DNA from: Selaginella moellendorffii
Taxonomy: Eukaryota > Plantae > Lycopodiophyta
NCBI RefSeq assembly: GCF_000143415.4
Contig: NW_003314277.1
Coordinates: 321,183-385,182 of the forward strand
DNA: 64,000 bases
Direction: 5' to 3'
The position numbers and the translations under genes are program-made. This document shows positions 61,931-64,000 of the stretch, piece after piece (the first letter of the stretch is position 1; each line of letters begins with the position of its first letter). The notes under the pieces were generated by a model. It made no database searches, was not told the DNA's origin, and worked only from the letters and a program-made list of their open reading frames with translations.

Positions 61931-64000
61931 ACACATATAACTAATACTAAAAGAGCTGAAGTTTGTGGGCTGCCAGATCTGGCCAATCAGCACCATTAGA
62001 TGTGGGGCAACTTAGTAAATATCATTTTTTTATTACACATCCTTTGGAAATATTTTTGTGAGGTTTCAGCCAGCCAATAAACACATAGCACAGCCCAAGC
62101 TGGGGGAGGTGTTAGTGACACCTGTTTGTTTGTGCGGCCCAAACTCTCTTTTTACCACAGCTCCTCCCAACTGCAAAATTTTGAGCAGAAGCAAGAGAGT
62201 ACCTAATGCCTGATTTTTAATCTTGTATTAAATTTAATATTTTTTCTCCTCCTCATGGATAGTGAATGTATGTATGAAACTAAAATTTAACTTCTGTTTT
62301 GTTAAATTTGGTATTAAGTAATTTCCTCTATTCCAAAGGTTAAATCACTTTTGTTAAAGTTTCAAGTTGAGTGTATGTCTCTAGTTGTAAATGCCATTAA
62401 AAGCTTTTATTTTATTGTGGCTACTAAAGATATTATATGTTCCTTTCAAAGTTTGGTTTTTTCAATTAATTTCCCCATTTCAAATATTGAGTTGTGTGTA
62501 GAGAAGATTGAGTGGTGTAAATCTCTTTTTTATCATGTGATGACTAAAGTATTTTATACTAAGAGATCTTTTATTTTTCAAGCTTTGAACTCATTTTCTT
62601 GTTATTATTTCTTCATTTTTTCCTTAAAAATTGAAAATTTCTCTTTTGGTCCTTATTATCCACTTTTTCTTCTTCCATAATATTTTTTTCTCAATTTATC
62701 TCACTTTATTAACACTTTAAACTTTTTTTCTTTATAAAAAGGGGTAGAAGGGATGGATGAAAATTCAGACCCAATAATAAAGTAAGGATGAATAAATATA
62801 GTAATAGAGTGAGAATGAATAATATAAATTATGGAGTGATGAAGAGCATAACAAGTATAAATTGAAGATAATCTATCCATTTTTGTATAAAAATAGTGAA
62901 TCTAAACCTTAATTAATATATTTATTCTCTTTTTCTATCAATCACACACATATATTTGTGTGTATATTATAATATGTATGGAAAAGTAAAAAAAAATTAT
63001 ATTTTATATTTTGATATAAGAAATTATGGTATATATTATTTAAATAGAGATATAACAAGTTATTAATTGTATTGCATTTTTTATGACCCTTGCCTATAAA
63101 TTAATTTACTTGCATCTAAAAAAATTTAATTCTATTTAATTCATTTGTTGAGTTATTTAGAAATGGTCCAAGAATATACTTACTATATGTCACTTTAACC
63201 AAATAAAAAATTATTTTTTTGCTATATCACTTTTTTGTTTTATAACTTTACAACTTGGTAAATGAGAAAACATACATCTATACATTGAAAAACAATGTAT
63301 TAATTATCATAATTATTATATTATTTTGTAACATGAAACTTTGTAATTTTATGTTTCAATAATATATTATAATAACCAAAAATTTATTGTAAACCCCAAC
63401 CTAATTTTGTATACCTTTCTTTAGAAAGTGTTTTTAATTTTTTTAAAACTAAAAATAATATATATTAAAAAACATTTCTAGCTTCACTTTTTTCTCATTA
63501 AAAAATACTTTTATTTATATATGCTTACTTGTGATATTCTACATAAGTTAAATATGGTACTTCAGGTATACTTTATTTGTATTTAATTCAAATATTAGCT
63601 GTTAAAAGTGTTAAGAAATATTTAAGAATATTCATAAGATTAATCAATCTAGAAAGCCTATTTACCTCGCAGATATTATTATCTTGTTATCCTTTCCTTT
63701 AGTGAGCAAAAGTTTCTACTAATTTAAATTTGTAACTATTGAAATGATGTAATTGTTTGAGGTTGTCTATATACTACAATCCACCATTTCATTGACTCCA
63801 TTAAATGTTTGATTAATAATTCTAGTGTTGAAAGATATGTTATAAGAACACTTAAAAATAATAAAGGAAACAAAAAAAGTGCTAGTTTGAAAGTCATAGG
63901 TTGTTTAGCTATTTGAAAGTCATCCCCCTAGGTCTAAATTGTTGAAGGCTATTAATATCTCATTCTGAAATTGAAGTTATCATAAATATCAACACTCACT

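Noticed and set aside
61676-61996. YIYIYI-type ORFs
   Set aside because: Translations of the (TA)n microsatellite.

Overview
Eukaryotic plant genomic DNA. Introns are very short (about 50-70 bp, GT-AG), genes are compact, and PLS-class PPR genes and Ty3/Gypsy elements are present, a style consistent with a lycophyte such as Selaginella (inference). Bases 1-50,800 form a triplicated segment. Each unit carries a large sacsin/NO VEIN-type GHKL (HATPase) gene with an apparent catalytically degenerate, NFD2-like RNase III domain fused at its C-terminus. Copy 1 is intact in the visible part, copy 2 is frameshifted and copy 3 has one nonsense codon. The units are joined twice by the same junction between a 5'-truncated GPT/ALG7 gene and a start-less homoserine dehydrogenase gene. 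Unit 1 holds nested LTR elements: a short-LTR Gypsy containing a TRIM-like element and a full chromovirus, with reciprocal solo-LTR insertions. Unit 3 holds a second, RT-deleted copy of the same short-LTR Gypsy. Bases 49-58.3 kb are a very dense gene block: intact GPT, a PPR gene, tRNA-Ser(GCT), an AIPP1/EDM3-like RRM gene whose predicted stop codon lies inside the tRNA on the opposite strand, and a head-to-head SMARCAL1-like helicase with three HARP-like repeats. The last ~5 kb are AT-rich and apparently non-coding. All family assignments come from motif recognition by eye, not from database searches.
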